From Turneriella sp. (GTDB lineage: Bacteria; Spirochaetota; Leptospiria; Turneriellales; Turneriellaceae): 64,000 bases of DNA. Below, piece by piece: positions 28,109 to 37,791 of the stretch (the stretch's first letter is position 1; every line of letters begins with the position of its first letter). The stretch lies in assembly GCA_965279515.1 (NCBI GenBank), contig CBDIID010000003.1, positions 4,256,001 to 4,320,000 on the forward strand, written 5' to 3'. The translations under genes and the position numbers were made by a program. The notes beneath the pieces were generated by a model. It was not told where the DNA came from. It worked only from the letters and a program-made list of their open reading frames with translations, and made no database searches.

Positions 28109-28272
28109 GGGAGAACTTGTGAAACCGGTTTGTAAGTTCAAGCGGCTGGTAAAAAAGACAGGGCGATTTCAGTAGAAATACGAGGGGGAAGACTGTATAT
28201 TTTTGAAACAGGTATTATGTCACATCTTACGAAGGAAAATCCGGGATTTCAGCCACCTAATGCATTAGGTCG

Positions 28273-28707
28273 TTATTGTTCGAGGATGAGTAAGGCTTCG
28301 AAGTCTTCGAAAATAAAACGCCGCGCTGTTTTTTTTGTATCGGTATCGAAACGCAGCGGGTAACTGTCGCCTTTGTATGCGCTGGGCAGTGAAAAATCGT
28401 AACGCACTGCAGAGCTGCGCTGCGCCGAACCGGCGATGATGTTCAGAAGTTCGCCGGCGGTATCCATCAGCATACGATCTTCATCGGTACTCTGAACATT
28501 CAGCCTTTCCATGGCGATCTGGATACCCGGATGTGAAATGTTCAGCCACAGCGTGCCCTGGGTCTCTCCGCTCAGCTCCATTTTGGCCGTGATGCTCTGG
28601 TATTTATCGGGCAGCGTCGCCATCGCTTCACTCGTCAGATCTTTCAAACCGATGAATTGCGAGAAAACATGCCGCAGCGCGGCTGTGAAAATTTCAAAAT
28701 CCAGCAT
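28273..28707 (-). CDS. cheX: CheX-like phosphatase
   Basis: DTAGELLNIIAGSA and FSLPS motifs. Confidence 0.75.
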   Translation of the reverse strand: MLDFEIFTAALRHVFSQFIGLKDLTSEAMATLPDKYQSITAKMELSGETQGTLWLNISHPGIQIAMERLNVQSTDEDRMLMDTAGELLNIIAGSAQRSSAVRYDFSLPSAYKGDSYPLRFDTDTKKTARRFIFEDFEALLILEQ

Positions 28708-29077
28708 TTCTGAAAAACATCCCGATCTGATTCCAGAGTTGTGGTCCCCGCACGGGTTTCTCCACATAGCTGTTGACCCCGGCCGCCGCAGCCTGCAGTA
28801 TCTTTTCGCTGTCTGTAACAGAAGTAATCATGACTATCGGCACTTTGTTGCCGCTCGAACGGATTTCCCGCACAAATTCAACGCCGTCGAGCACTGGCAT
28901 ATTCCAGTCGAGAAAAACGAGGTCGATCTTGCCGGCCTCAAAGATGTCCATCGCGTCCTTACCGTTTGCGGCGTGATGGAATCCCACGCGCTCGGCCGCT
29001 TCCTTGAGGTTCTCGCGTATCACCTGCTCGACAATCGTACGCATGAGTTCGGAGTCGTCGACGATAAGAATCTGCAT
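28694..29077 (-). CDS. Single-domain response regulator (CheY-like)
   Basis: ILIVDDS, LDWNMPVLDG, MITS and YVEKP. Confidence 0.92.
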   Translation of the reverse strand: MQILIVDDSELMRTIVEQVIRENLKEAAERVGFHHAANGKDAMDIFEAGKIDLVFLDWNMPVLDGVEFVREIRSSGNKVPIVMITSVTDSEKILQAAAAGVNSYVEKPVRGPQLWNQIGMFFRNAGF

Positions 29078-29081
29078 AGAC

Positions 29082-31418
29082 TTAGCGGGGGATTGTAATT
29101 CGGGTCGTTGTGACGTTTGCAGTTGCGGAAACCCAGGCTTCTCCGCCTAATTCTGCGATTTTCCCTGCGATATATTCCATGCCGAGTCCCCGACCGGCCT
29201 CAAGCGTTACGGAGACGGGCGCTGCCGTCAATCCATTTTGGATGAGACTTTGGAGCGCGACGGGTTTTGCATCAACTCCCCGGGCAAAGCCCTTGCCGTC
29301 TTCTTCGTAAACAAGCTCGACTGCCGCGGGGCTGAGGTTTGTTGCTACCGAAATACGGAGTTCGGCCTTTTTACCCGATATTATGCGGGCAGCGGGGGAT
29401 TCCACTCCATGCGCGAAGGTGTTGCGCACCAGCTGTACGAGCACATTGTGCAATTCATGGATGGCACCGTCGCTGCCCTCGGCAAATCTGATATCTACCG
29501 CCACCGGCACTTCATTGTTCGCTGCCTTTTGTTCGATCTGGTTTGACCAGAAGGCTGTGAGTTGCCTGATTTTCAGGGCAGGGTCGTCACTCACCGGGTT
29601 GCCCACGAGTGCACGTATGCGGGTAATGAGTTTGTCGCGGTCGAGCATCGCCGTTTCAGAGGCATTGATGCAACGGGATATCTCATGGCGCAGGTATTTG
29701 GCGTCGTGCGACTGGCCCTCGGTTTTTGTCTGCAGATGGCTTTCCAGGTTGTGGAGAATTTCAGCAAGTTCGTTAAAACCCAGTTGCAGCGCATTGCCCT
29801 TGAGGGCATGGACGCGCTTGGCAAAGTCCGCAAAGCGGTCGGCCTCCGTCGCCTCGAATCTGCCGATAATCTCTTTGCCGCGCTGCAGAATATCTTTCTG
29901 CTGGGCAATGAAGTTTTCCAGGATCACCGGGGGAATCTGCATCAAATTAATAAGCACATCAAATTCTGACCGCTTATCGGCTTCCGCCAGGTTGATCTTT
30001 TCGCGCAGCGAAAACTCGGCAGTGTCATCGATAATGCTGACCAGAATTTTCTGGGGTGAACTGTCGCCCGAAGAAACAATCGTGCGGAACAGGAACCTGA
30101 GGTTGCGCTTTTCTCTCCGGTAGTTCAGGTAAGTGATTTCGCGTAACGGATTTGCACGCTCGAGCATTTGGTCGCTGATGGCGTTTTCCTGGAAAAAAAG
30201 TTCAAGGTATCGTTCGACAGCGGTGGAGAGTTTTTCGTCTTCGAACAGCGAGCTGAACTTGCGGTGCGCAATTTCACTAAGGCCGAAAATGGCGAGCGTC
30301 GCGCGCGAGTATTCCGCCTGGATAATGCCCTGGGTGTCTACGGTCAGCAGACCCTGCTCGAGGCTTTCGAGAATTCCCGAGATTTCCTGTGTACGCACGG
30401 CGATGCGTTTTTCCATGTGCGTCGAATATTCGCCGAGTTCCTGCGCCATGAGATTCATCGCATACGCGAGGTCAGCGAGTTCGTCGGTATTGCGGCTTTC
30501 GATGCGCACCGAGAAATCACGCTGGCCAATGCGTATCGCCGCGCGCTGCATGTTTTCCAACGGCTTCAGCAGAAAACGGCTCGTTGCCGAAGCGGCGATG
30601 ATCGAAAATAACAGCACGCAGATGATGATGTAATAACCGGTTATCTTCAGGCCAAAGAGCGCGTCGAATTCGGTCGCGGCCGAAAAATCGATAATCATAA
30701 TGGCGATGATTTTACCGCGGTTATTTTTTATCGGCGTATATCCTGAAATATAGACGCCCGAGCTTTCGGTCCGGTACCCTGTGCCGACGGCGACCTCGCC
30801 GGCGAGCGCCGATGTGATGCCGCTCTGGCCGCGGCCGTTGAAGACGTCGCCGATGTGGTAAATGCTTTCTTCAGGATCGATGCGCCGGTTATTGTTACGG
30901 TCGATTTCCTCGAATTCGTCGGCGCACAGCACGCGCAGATACTGCGGCGCGTATTCGTGCATCTTCACCCCGGCAATCCAGACGCGGTGAATCTGCGCAT
31001 TTTGTTCGACTGTCGTCGCCGCGGGCAGCGTCGCGTCATAAACCGGGTTTTTTCCCGACGCATGGCGGATGCGGCGCAGCTTCTGCGCGATGAACTGGAA
31101 TTCGTTGCGGCGGATGATTGCGGTTTTTTCGGCGTCGGCGAGCGCCGAGAGCTGCACGCCACCGCCCACCGTGGCTGTTCCCCGCTTTTGCGCAGGGTTC
31201 AGGTCAGAGTCGAGGCGTTCGAGGTATTTGAGATCTTCGGGCTTGAGCAGCGTAATGCCGATCTTGCCGAAATCCTTAACCCGGCTCATCATCTGCGACC
31301 AGACCTGGGTCGAGACGATTTTATAGTAGTAGGCAAGGCCCGTGACCGTGGCGCCTACCGCGACAAGAAAAATTGCCGCATTCAGCCTGAAGCGGAAATT
31401 GAAGAAGCTTTTCAGCAT
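29082..31418 (-). CDS. Membrane sensor with HAMP, PAS-like, Hpt and CheA-type HATPase domains
   Basis: 2 TM, HAMP DELADLAYAMNLM, Hpt VHALKGNA, QLVRNTFAHGVE, EDGKG and AGRGLGM. Confidence 0.8.
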   Translation of the reverse strand: MLKSFFNFRFRLNAAIFLVAVGATVTGLAYYYKIVSTQVWSQMMSRVKDFGKIGITLLKPEDLKYLERLDSDLNPAQKRGTATVGGGVQLSALADAEKTAIIRRNEFQFIAQKLRRIRHASGKNPVYDATLPAATTVEQNAQIHRVWIAGVKMHEYAPQYLRVLCADEFEEIDRNNNRRIDPEESIYHIGDVFNGRGQSGITSALAGEVAVGTGYRTESSGVYISGYTPIKNNRGKIIAIMIIDFSAATEFDALFGLKITGYYIIICVLLFSIIAASATSRFLLKPLENMQRAAIRIGQRDFSVRIESRNTDELADLAYAMNLMAQELGEYSTHMEKRIAVRTQEISGILESLEQGLLTVDTQGIIQAEYSRATLAIFGLSEIAHRKFSSLFEDEKLSTAVERYLELFFQENAISDQMLERANPLREITYLNYRREKRNLRFLFRTIVSSGDSSPQKILVSIIDDTAEFSLREKINLAEADKRSEFDVLINLMQIPPVILENFIAQQKDILQRGKEIIGRFEATEADRFADFAKRVHALKGNALQLGFNELAEILHNLESHLQTKTEGQSHDAKYLRHEISRCINASETAMLDRDKLITRIRALVGNPVSDDPALKIRQLTAFWSNQIEQKAANNEVPVAVDIRFAEGSDGAIHELHNVLVQLVRNTFAHGVESPAARIISGKKAELRISVATNLSPAAVELVYEEDGKGFARGVDAKPVALQSLIQNGLTAAPVSVTLEAGRGLGMEYIAGKIAELGGEAWVSATANVTTTRITIPR

Positions 31419-31421
31419 CTC

Positions 31422-32198
31422 CTAGGGAAACAGTTTTTTCAGCGTAGTTGCGTGCAGGCCCGGCGCGGCCGCGACAATGGATTTACCGGTTACGGGATTT
31501 GCGCCGCCAAAATCTGTCGCGACGCCGCCCGCGCCGCGGATCACAGGCACCACGGCCATGATATCCCACGGATTCATGACGGGGTCGAGCATGATATCGG
31601 CATAACCTGTGGCGAGCAGTGCATAACCGTAACCATCGGCCCAGGTGCGCCAGAAACGGGTCTCTTTCGCCAGGGCGTCGAAATCCGCTTTGGGATGGTG
31701 CTCTTTGAGATGGCGTGCGTCGGTGATGAGCAACGTCGCTTCGCCAAGGGATGAGACATTTCTCATCTGTGTTTTTTTACCGTTGAAAAAACATTCCTTG
31801 TTGTTTCCCCAGACAAGTTCGTCAAGAATCGGCTGGTAGATGGCGCCGCACTGCGGCTCGCCCTTATGCATCAGGGCGATGAGGGTGGTAAAAAGCGGGA
31901 CACCTGTAATAAAACTTTTGGTGCCGTCGATCGGATCCAGAACCCAGACAAATTCAGCGTCGGTGCGTACGTCGTCATGCTCTTCGCCGATGATGCCGTG
32001 GTCGGGGAATTTTTTCTCGATCAGTTCACGCAGCCGCGCCTCGATTTCAAGATCAGCCGCTGTCACCGGGGATGCATCCGCCTTGCTGATCATACCAATC
32101 GATTCGAGCGGTTTCTTAAAGAAGCGGCGGGAAACTTCTTTGCTGATTTCAGTCGCCTCGGGTAACAGAGATAAGAAAAATTCCTGAGCTGATTTCAT
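31422..32198 (-). CDS. Inositol monophosphatase family, probable histidinol-phosphatase HisN
   Basis: SPVTAAD, GEE, WVLDPIDGTKSF and PWDIMA. Confidence 0.85.
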   Translation of the reverse strand: MKSAQEFFLSLLPEATEISKEVSRRFFKKPLESIGMISKADASPVTAADLEIEARLRELIEKKFPDHGIIGEEHDDVRTDAEFVWVLDPIDGTKSFITGVPLFTTLIALMHKGEPQCGAIYQPILDELVWGNNKECFFNGKKTQMRNVSSLGEATLLITDARHLKEHHPKADFDALAKETRFWRTWADGYGYALLATGYADIMLDPVMNPWDIMAVVPVIRGAGGVATDFGGANPVTGKSIVAAAPGLHATTLKKLFP

Positions 32199-32210
32199 AA
32201 TGTCTCCCGG

Positions 32211-32411
32211 TTAGGCTTTTTGGATTTCGGTTTCGGAAATGTTGGGCATCGTGTGCGGCATCATCTCGCGGTCATAATAGAGCAGATTGTAACTGCCGTC
32301 GGGGTTCACGTCTTTGATCTCCGCGGGCGAACCCGGCATAATGATCACACCCTCGAAAATATGCGGCGGTTTGGTGATTTTAACTTTGTCACCGGTTTGG
32401 AATGTTGCCAT
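32211..32411 (-). CDS. Small hypothetical protein (SH3/KOW-like)
   Basis: FQTGDKVKI; operonic position. Confidence 0.6.
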   Translation of the reverse strand: MATFQTGDKVKITKPPHIFEGVIIMPGSPAEIKDVNPDGSYNLLYYDREMMPHTMPNISETEIQKA

Positions 32412-32413
32412 AA

Positions 32414-33253
32414 TCAATAAAGTGCCGAAAGACCTTCGCGTTCGTAGGGGATTGTCAGCGGGCCAAACTTGGTTTTAAGGCTCAGGTCAAACTTCATCGC
32501 ATATTTGAGCTGGCCCGAGCGGATCATGTCCACAACGCTTTTTTTGAGACCGAGGATTTTTACCGTGATCGGCAGCACCACCGACATCGATTTATCCTGC
32601 GTCACTGATTTTTGTACAGTTACATCCGATGCCGATATCAGGTTATCCTGCAGTGAAAATTCATAGCGGAATTTTTCGATATCGAGTTCGACATCGTGGT
32701 TGTTGGAAACCTTGATGTGTACCATCAGCGTGGCCGAAGCCACGGAAAATTCACCGAGTGCAATTTTTTCAACGTCGAAGCGTGGGCGATCCGGAATCGG
32801 AATCTCGCCCTTGTCGGCGATATTAAACGAAAGATCGCCGATGGGTGTATCCAGCACGACTTTGCCGTCGAGCACGTAGGGCAGGGCCTTTTTGGTGAGA
32901 ATAACGGTTATGCCGCTTTTGAGGCCCGCATAACTCACCGACACAGGCATGGGAATAATGCTGACGTCGTTTGAAGCAATTTTTGTTTTGTCTTCTTTAA
33001 TACCCTTTAGTAGCCTCTCGTTTTCCACATCGAAGGCATATTCGATGCGGTTGAGCGTTGCGCCGACGGAATTTGGGTTATTGATCTTTACATAGACTAT
33101 GAGGTCGGCGCCGGTAAAATCAATCTTTTTGATTTCGACCCGGTCGACGCCTACCTGGGGAGCATCGAATACTTTTTTAAAGAGAGAGGCGCACTGCAGC
33201 GAAAACGCTGCAACAATGATGGCTGTGGGTATTAAAAGGCGGCGTCGAGTCAC
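32414..33253 (-). CDS. LEA_2/WHy domain lipoprotein (two domains)
   Basis: INNPNSVG and VSNNHDVE repeats; SLQC lipobox. Confidence 0.85.
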   Translation of the reverse strand: MTRRRLLIPTAIIVAAFSLQCASLFKKVFDAPQVGVDRVEIKKIDFTGADLIVYVKINNPNSVGATLNRIEYAFDVENERLLKGIKEDKTKIASNDVSIIPMPVSVSYAGLKSGITVILTKKALPYVLDGKVVLDTPIGDLSFNIADKGEIPIPDRPRFDVEKIALGEFSVASATLMVHIKVSNNHDVELDIEKFRYEFSLQDNLISASDVTVQKSVTQDKSMSVVLPITVKILGLKKSVVDMIRSGQLKYAMKFDLSLKTKFGPLTIPYEREGLSALY

Positions 33254-33582
33254 ATGAGTCCCAATTGCAGCTTTGCTTCGTCGGACATCATGCCAGTGTG
33301 AAACGGCGGTTCCCAGATGAGTTCGATTTTCACCGATTTCACACCTTCCACCGATTCGGCTTTCTGTTGTATCTCCGAAGGCAAAGATTCAATCGAGGGA
33401 CAATTAGGGGAGGTCAGCGTCATGTCAATCCGGACATTAGCGGCATCGTCGACATCGATGCCATAGATGAGGCCCAGATCATAAACGTTTACGGGGATTT
33501 CGGGGTCGAAGCAGGTCCTGAGTTCCGCGATAATTTTTTCGCGCAGGTCATCCTTGGTGGTATCCGGCGGCGCTGCGCTCAT
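33250..33582 (-). CDS. sufT: DUF59/SufT Fe-S assembly protein
   Basis: DPEIPVNVYDLGLIY, MTLTSPNCP and MSDEAKLQLG. Confidence 0.9.
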   Translation of the reverse strand: MSAAPPDTTKDDLREKIIAELRTCFDPEIPVNVYDLGLIYGIDVDDAANVRIDMTLTSPNCPSIESLPSEIQQKAESVEGVKSVKIELIWEPPFHTGMMSDEAKLQLGLM

Positions 33583-34373
33583 TGACCCTCTTCGTGGTGC
33601 CCAAAAAATGCAGCGGTCTTCGCATCGGGCAGCGCGTCATAGAATTGTTTTTGTGAAGAAAGAATCAGAATCTCTTCGGCTTCAGCCGCGCCGATGCCGC
33701 GCGCCATGAGGTAGCGCTGCGCGTCTTCGTCGATAAAACCGACAGTCGAACCGTGCGTGCAGCGCACGTCGTCATGCATGATATTCAGAAAGGGCTGCGC
33801 ATCGATGCGTGCGCCCTGGGAGAGGGTAATCCCCCTGTGCAGCTGGTGCGCGACCGAGCCCGAGGCACCGGGGTCGACGGTGATGCGCCCGGTAAAAGTG
33901 ATGGTGGATGTATCGGCGGCATAAGAATAAAACTTCTGATCGGTCAGGTTTTGCCCCTGTGTGTGGTGCACATGCACTTCAATGGTGGATTTTTCATTCT
34001 GTGTGAGTTCGGTGAGGCCGGTAAAATGCGCTTCAGCCTCTTTGCCGATGGTGGCATTAAAGGCGAGGTTCGCATCGGTGTTCTTCACCGCCGAAAAGAC
34101 ATCGAGATGACTTTGTGGATCGAGTAAAAAGGTGGATGTAATGCCTGGAGCGCCGCCTGTGATCTGGTAGAAAACTTTGGTTCGTGTTTTGGGCGCGAGT
34201 TTGAAATCGAGCAGGATTTTTTTTGCGCTTTTGACATCCTCGCATTTGAGATAGACGCTGAGTTCTGGTGACGTCGAGGCCACTGTTACCTTTTCGTAAG
34301 TGGCCAGTTCAGCCGCGCTGAGAATGACTTCAGAGGTGCCGGCGGGTATCGTGATCAGGTGGTCAGCCATCAT
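33579..34373 (-). CDS. sufD: SufD-like Fe-S cluster assembly protein (short)
   Basis: PFLNIMHDDVRCTHGSTVG and YLMARGI; located in the suf operon. Confidence 0.85.
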   Translation of the reverse strand: MMADHLITIPAGTSEVILSAAELATYEKVTVASTSPELSVYLKCEDVKSAKKILLDFKLAPKTRTKVFYQITGGAPGITSTFLLDPQSHLDVFSAVKNTDANLAFNATIGKEAEAHFTGLTELTQNEKSTIEVHVHHTQGQNLTDQKFYSYAADTSTITFTGRITVDPGASGSVAHQLHRGITLSQGARIDAQPFLNIMHDDVRCTHGSTVGFIDEDAQRYLMARGIGAAEAEEILILSSQKQFYDALPDAKTAAFFGHHEEGQ

Positions 34374-35106
34374 AACCCTTTTCTTCGATGCGGTGGACAA
34401 TGTCGATGCCGCCCGATTCGATAATTTTGCCGCCCGAAAGCACATGCACGTGCGTCGGTGTGATGTATTTCAGAATGCGCGAGTAGTGCGTGATGACGAT
34501 CATGGTGCGATCGCCAGACATCGAGTTAACCGCCTCTTTCGCCACGACCTCGAGCGCATCGACGTCAAGGCCCGAGTCAATCTCGTCGAGCACCATGAGG
34601 TTGGGGGCGAGCATCGCCATCTGCAGAATTTCATTTTTCTTTTTCTCGCCGCCTGAAAAACCTTCATTGAGCGAGCGTTTGATCATTTCGGCCTTCATAT
34701 CGAGGCGCGCCATGATCTCTTTCGCGCGGGTGAGAAACTCGCCTGCGCCCAACTCAGCTTCGCCGCGTGCTTTGCGTACGGTGTTCACGGCCGTGCGCAG
34801 AAACTGCATGTTGTTCACACCAGGCAGTTCGGGCGGATACTGGAAGGCGACGAAGACGCCCTTGCGTGCGCGTTCTTCAATAGGCATCGCCAGAAGATCT
34901 GCGCCGCCGAAACGGATAGTGCCCTGGGTGACAACGAACTCGGGGTTGCCGGCAATCACATGCGAGAGTGTACTCTTGCCCGAACCATTGGGGCCCATGA
35001 TGGCGTGGATCTCCCCGGCGCCCAGGGTGAGGTTTATACCCTGGAGGATTTTTTTATCCCCCGTGGAGACGTGTAAATTTTCAATTTCGAGTAAAGTCTT
35101 CTGCAT
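34363..35106 (-). CDS. sufC: Fe-S cluster assembly ATPase SufC
   Basis: GPNGSGKST, NEGFSGGEKK and LDEIDSGLDVDAL. Confidence 0.95.
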   Translation of the reverse strand: MQKTLLEIENLHVSTGDKKILQGINLTLGAGEIHAIMGPNGSGKSTLSHVIAGNPEFVVTQGTIRFGGADLLAMPIEERARKGVFVAFQYPPELPGVNNMQFLRTAVNTVRKARGEAELGAGEFLTRAKEIMARLDMKAEMIKRSLNEGFSGGEKKKNEILQMAMLAPNLMVLDEIDSGLDVDALEVVAKEAVNSMSGDRTMIVITHYSRILKYITPTHVHVLSGGKIIESGGIDIVHRIEEKGYDG

Positions 35107-35150
35107 CGTGAGGGATCCCAATTTAATATTCTCTTCGAAGATGACCGGCA

Positions 35151-36620
35151 TCAGCCGTTTGCATCCTCGAGGCTGATTTCCAAAAGTTTTTGTGCCTCGA
35201 CAGCGAACTCCATAGGCAGTTCACGGAAGACTTCTTTGCAAAAACCGTTAACAACCATATGCACCGCGTCTTCTTCAGTGAGGCCGCGCTGCCTGAGAAA
35301 GTAGAGCTGCGCGTCGGAGACTTTTGATGTCGTCGCTTCGTGCTCGACCTGCGCCTTCTGGTTTTTGACTTCGATGTAAGGGTAGGTATGCGCCGAAGCG
35401 GTATTGCCCAGAATCAGCGAATCGCAGCGCGTGTAGTTGCGCGCTTTTTCAGCGCCGCCGCCGATACGCACGAGGCCACGGTAGGTGTTCTTGCCATGGC
35501 CTGCGGAAATGCCCTTGGAGATAATAGTGCTCGTCGTGCCTTTGCCTAAATGGATCATCTTCGTGCCGGTGTCAGCCTGCTGGTAGTTGCCGGTGAACGC
35601 AACAGAGTAGAATTCCCCTTTGGAGTTATCACCCTTGAGAATACAGCTCGGGTACTTCCAGGTGATCGCCGAACCCGTCTCGACCTGCGTCCATGAGATG
35701 CGTGAGCTTTCGCCCTTGCAGAGGCCGCGCTTGGTGACAAAATTGTAAATGCCACCCTTGCCATTTTCATCGCCGGGATACCAGTTTTGCACCGTCGAGT
35801 ATTTGATGTAGGCGCGGTCGAGCGCGACGAGTTCGACAACAGCCGCGTGCAGCTGGTTTTCATCGCGCTGCGGCGCGGTGCAGCCTTCGAGGTAGCTGAC
35901 ATAACTGTCGTTGTCGGCGACAATGAGCGTGCGCTCGAACTGGCCGGTGTTGGCTGAGTTGATGCGGAAGTAGGTCGAGAGCTCCATCGGGCAGCGCACA
36001 CCGGGAGGAATATAGACGAAGGAGCCGTCGCTGAACACGGCGGCGTTGAGCGCGCTGAAAAAGTTATCTTTGACAGGCACAACCGAGCCCAGGTATTTCT
36101 GGATGAGTTCGGGGTGTTCGCGCACCGCTTCAGAAAAGGAACAGAAAATGATGCCGAGTTTCGCGAGACTCTCGCGGTAGGTCGTCACGACAGAGACGCT
36201 GTCGAAGACGGCGTCGACAGCGACGGGAGTCGCGGGGCGGCTATTGATGTCAGAGCCTTCGACATTCGCCAGGAATTTTTGTTCGGTGAGGGGAATCCCC
36301 AACCGGTTAAAAGTTTCGATGAGTTTGGGGTCAGCTGCGTCGAGCGACTCGAGTTTTTTTTTCGGGCGCGAGAAGTAACTGATCTTCTGGTAGTCGATGG
36401 GCGGGTAGCTGACCTCGGCCCACTTGGGTTCGGTCATCTGCTGCCAGGCGCGATAGGCATTGAGGCGCCATTCGAGCATGAACGCCGGCTCTTCTTTCAT
36501 CGCCGAGATTTTACGTACAGTATCTTCGCTGAGGCCCACTGCGAGCGTTTCGGCTTCGATGTCGGTGACAAAGCCGTATTTGTATTCGGTCTTGAGATCT
36601 TCTACGGCAACGGTGGACAT
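35151..36620 (-). CDS. sufB: Fe-S cluster assembly protein SufB
   Basis: [24 protein letters not shown] and [10 protein letters not shown]. Confidence 0.97.
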   Translation of the reverse strand: MSTVAVEDLKTEYKYGFVTDIEAETLAVGLSEDTVRKISAMKEEPAFMLEWRLNAYRAWQQMTEPKWAEVSYPPIDYQKISYFSRPKKKLESLDAADPKLIETFNRLGIPLTEQKFLANVEGSDINSRPATPVAVDAVFDSVSVVTTYRESLAKLGIIFCSFSEAVREHPELIQKYLGSVVPVKDNFFSALNAAVFSDGSFVYIPPGVRCPMELSTYFRINSANTGQFERTLIVADNDSYVSYLEGCTAPQRDENQLHAAVVELVALDRAYIKYSTVQNWYPGDENGKGGIYNFVTKRGLCKGESSRISWTQVETGSAITWKYPSCILKGDNSKGEFYSVAFTGNYQQADTGTKMIHLGKGTTSTIISKGISAGHGKNTYRGLVRIGGGAEKARNYTRCDSLILGNTASAHTYPYIEVKNQKAQVEHEATTSKVSDAQLYFLRQRGLTEEDAVHMVVNGFCKEVFRELPMEFAVEAQKLLEISLEDANG

Positions 36621-36675
36621 TCAGGTGAAATATACAAAAAATAGGCCAAATTGGGTAAAAAATATACTCCGACGT

Positions 36676-37746
36676 TTACTTCAGGTATTCCGCATATTGA
36701 GGGTTCAGGCGGATAGCCTCAGTGAACGTGCGCGAGCCCCATTCAATCTCTTCCCAGGTCGGAACGCGGTGGTTAATACCGACTTCGGGATCGATTTCTC
36801 CTAAAATGACAAAACTCTCCCGCTCTTTGGGTTTATAGAGAATGTACTTGTTAAAAAAGTAGATCACGTGCCTGCCATAGAAGGCGGCGATCGCCGATCG
36901 CAGGTGCCGCTGCACCTCGCGGGTGTCATAATAGAGATCGGGGCCGGCATTGGCGCTGCGCAGAATCACCGCATCGATTTCGTCGGTCAGAAACAGCTTC
37001 ACAGGATTTTTAAAATGCTCGGGCCTCTCCATCATCGTGGGGATCTCCACGACCGGGAAGGGCAGCTGCTCGCCCGATTTGCGGTAGGTATCGACATAAC
37101 GGTTCTTCTTATTCGCGCTGTCATTGATGTCGCTCGCGATAATTTTGAGGTGCGGGCTCACTTTTTTATCCTCGAAAAGGTCGCGCACCGTGTCGGCGCC
37201 CTCTCCCGATAAGATAGCGCTGCCGATGTCGAAGAACAGCGCGCCTTCGAACTGGTCCCTGAGATTGACAGAACCGTCGGCGATCAGCTTGCCTGAAAAA
37301 ACCGCACGCAGAAAGATGTTGTGATCGTAGAGACGGCGGCGGCCTGAGCGCTGCTCGACAATGCTGTTGCCGAATTTTTTCTTTTTATATTTTTTGACGC
37401 GGTTTGCCGTGCCGAAGGTCTTATGTTCTTCGGCCATGTGCAGCACAAAGGCATCGTTCTCATAGGGGTTGTAGAAGGCCCGTTTTATGATGACCGTTTT
37501 GGCCGGTTCCACAGGGGGATTTTCCGCTTTGGCGGGAAGCGGTTTCGGTTCTTCAGCCGGCTTTTTCGGCTCTTCTTTTACCGGTTCCGCTGCTCTGGGT
37601 TTTGCCGTCTCCGTTGCCTGCGCCATGCGCCTGGCAGGCGCCGGAGCGGGGTTGGGATGTTTAGCAGGTGTGGATTGGCACGCTAGAAATGAATAGCCCA
37701 TGAGCAGGACAAAATAACGGCACCAGAGCATCGTCCGGAATAGCAC
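36676..37746 (-). CDS. Hypothetical lipoprotein
   Basis: FLAC lipobox, Pro/Glu/Lys linker, long ORF. Confidence 0.65.
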   Translation of the reverse strand: MLFRTMLWCRYFVLLMGYSFLACQSTPAKHPNPAPAPARRMAQATETAKPRAAEPVKEEPKKPAEEPKPLPAKAENPPVEPAKTVIIKRAFYNPYENDAFVLHMAEEHKTFGTANRVKKYKKKKFGNSIVEQRSGRRRLYDHNIFLRAVFSGKLIADGSVNLRDQFEGALFFDIGSAILSGEGADTVRDLFEDKKVSPHLKIIASDINDSANKKNRYVDTYRKSGEQLPFPVVEIPTMMERPEHFKNPVKLFLTDEIDAVILRSANAGPDLYYDTREVQRHLRSAIAAFYGRHVIYFFNKYILYKPKERESFVILGEIDPEVGINHRVPTWEEIEWGSRTFTEAIRLNPQYAEYLK

Positions 37747-37791
37747 ACCGCTTTATGCTTTCAAGTGGAAATGCAGGTTTTCGGTATGGAA

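Noticed and set aside
28142..28272. oriC upstream of dnaA
   Set aside because: No consensus DnaA boxes or clear unwinding repeats seen
30855..31754. 299-aa plus-strand ORF, and similar long antisense ORFs over ftsZ, sufC and polB
   Set aside because: Shadow frames of well-supported genes
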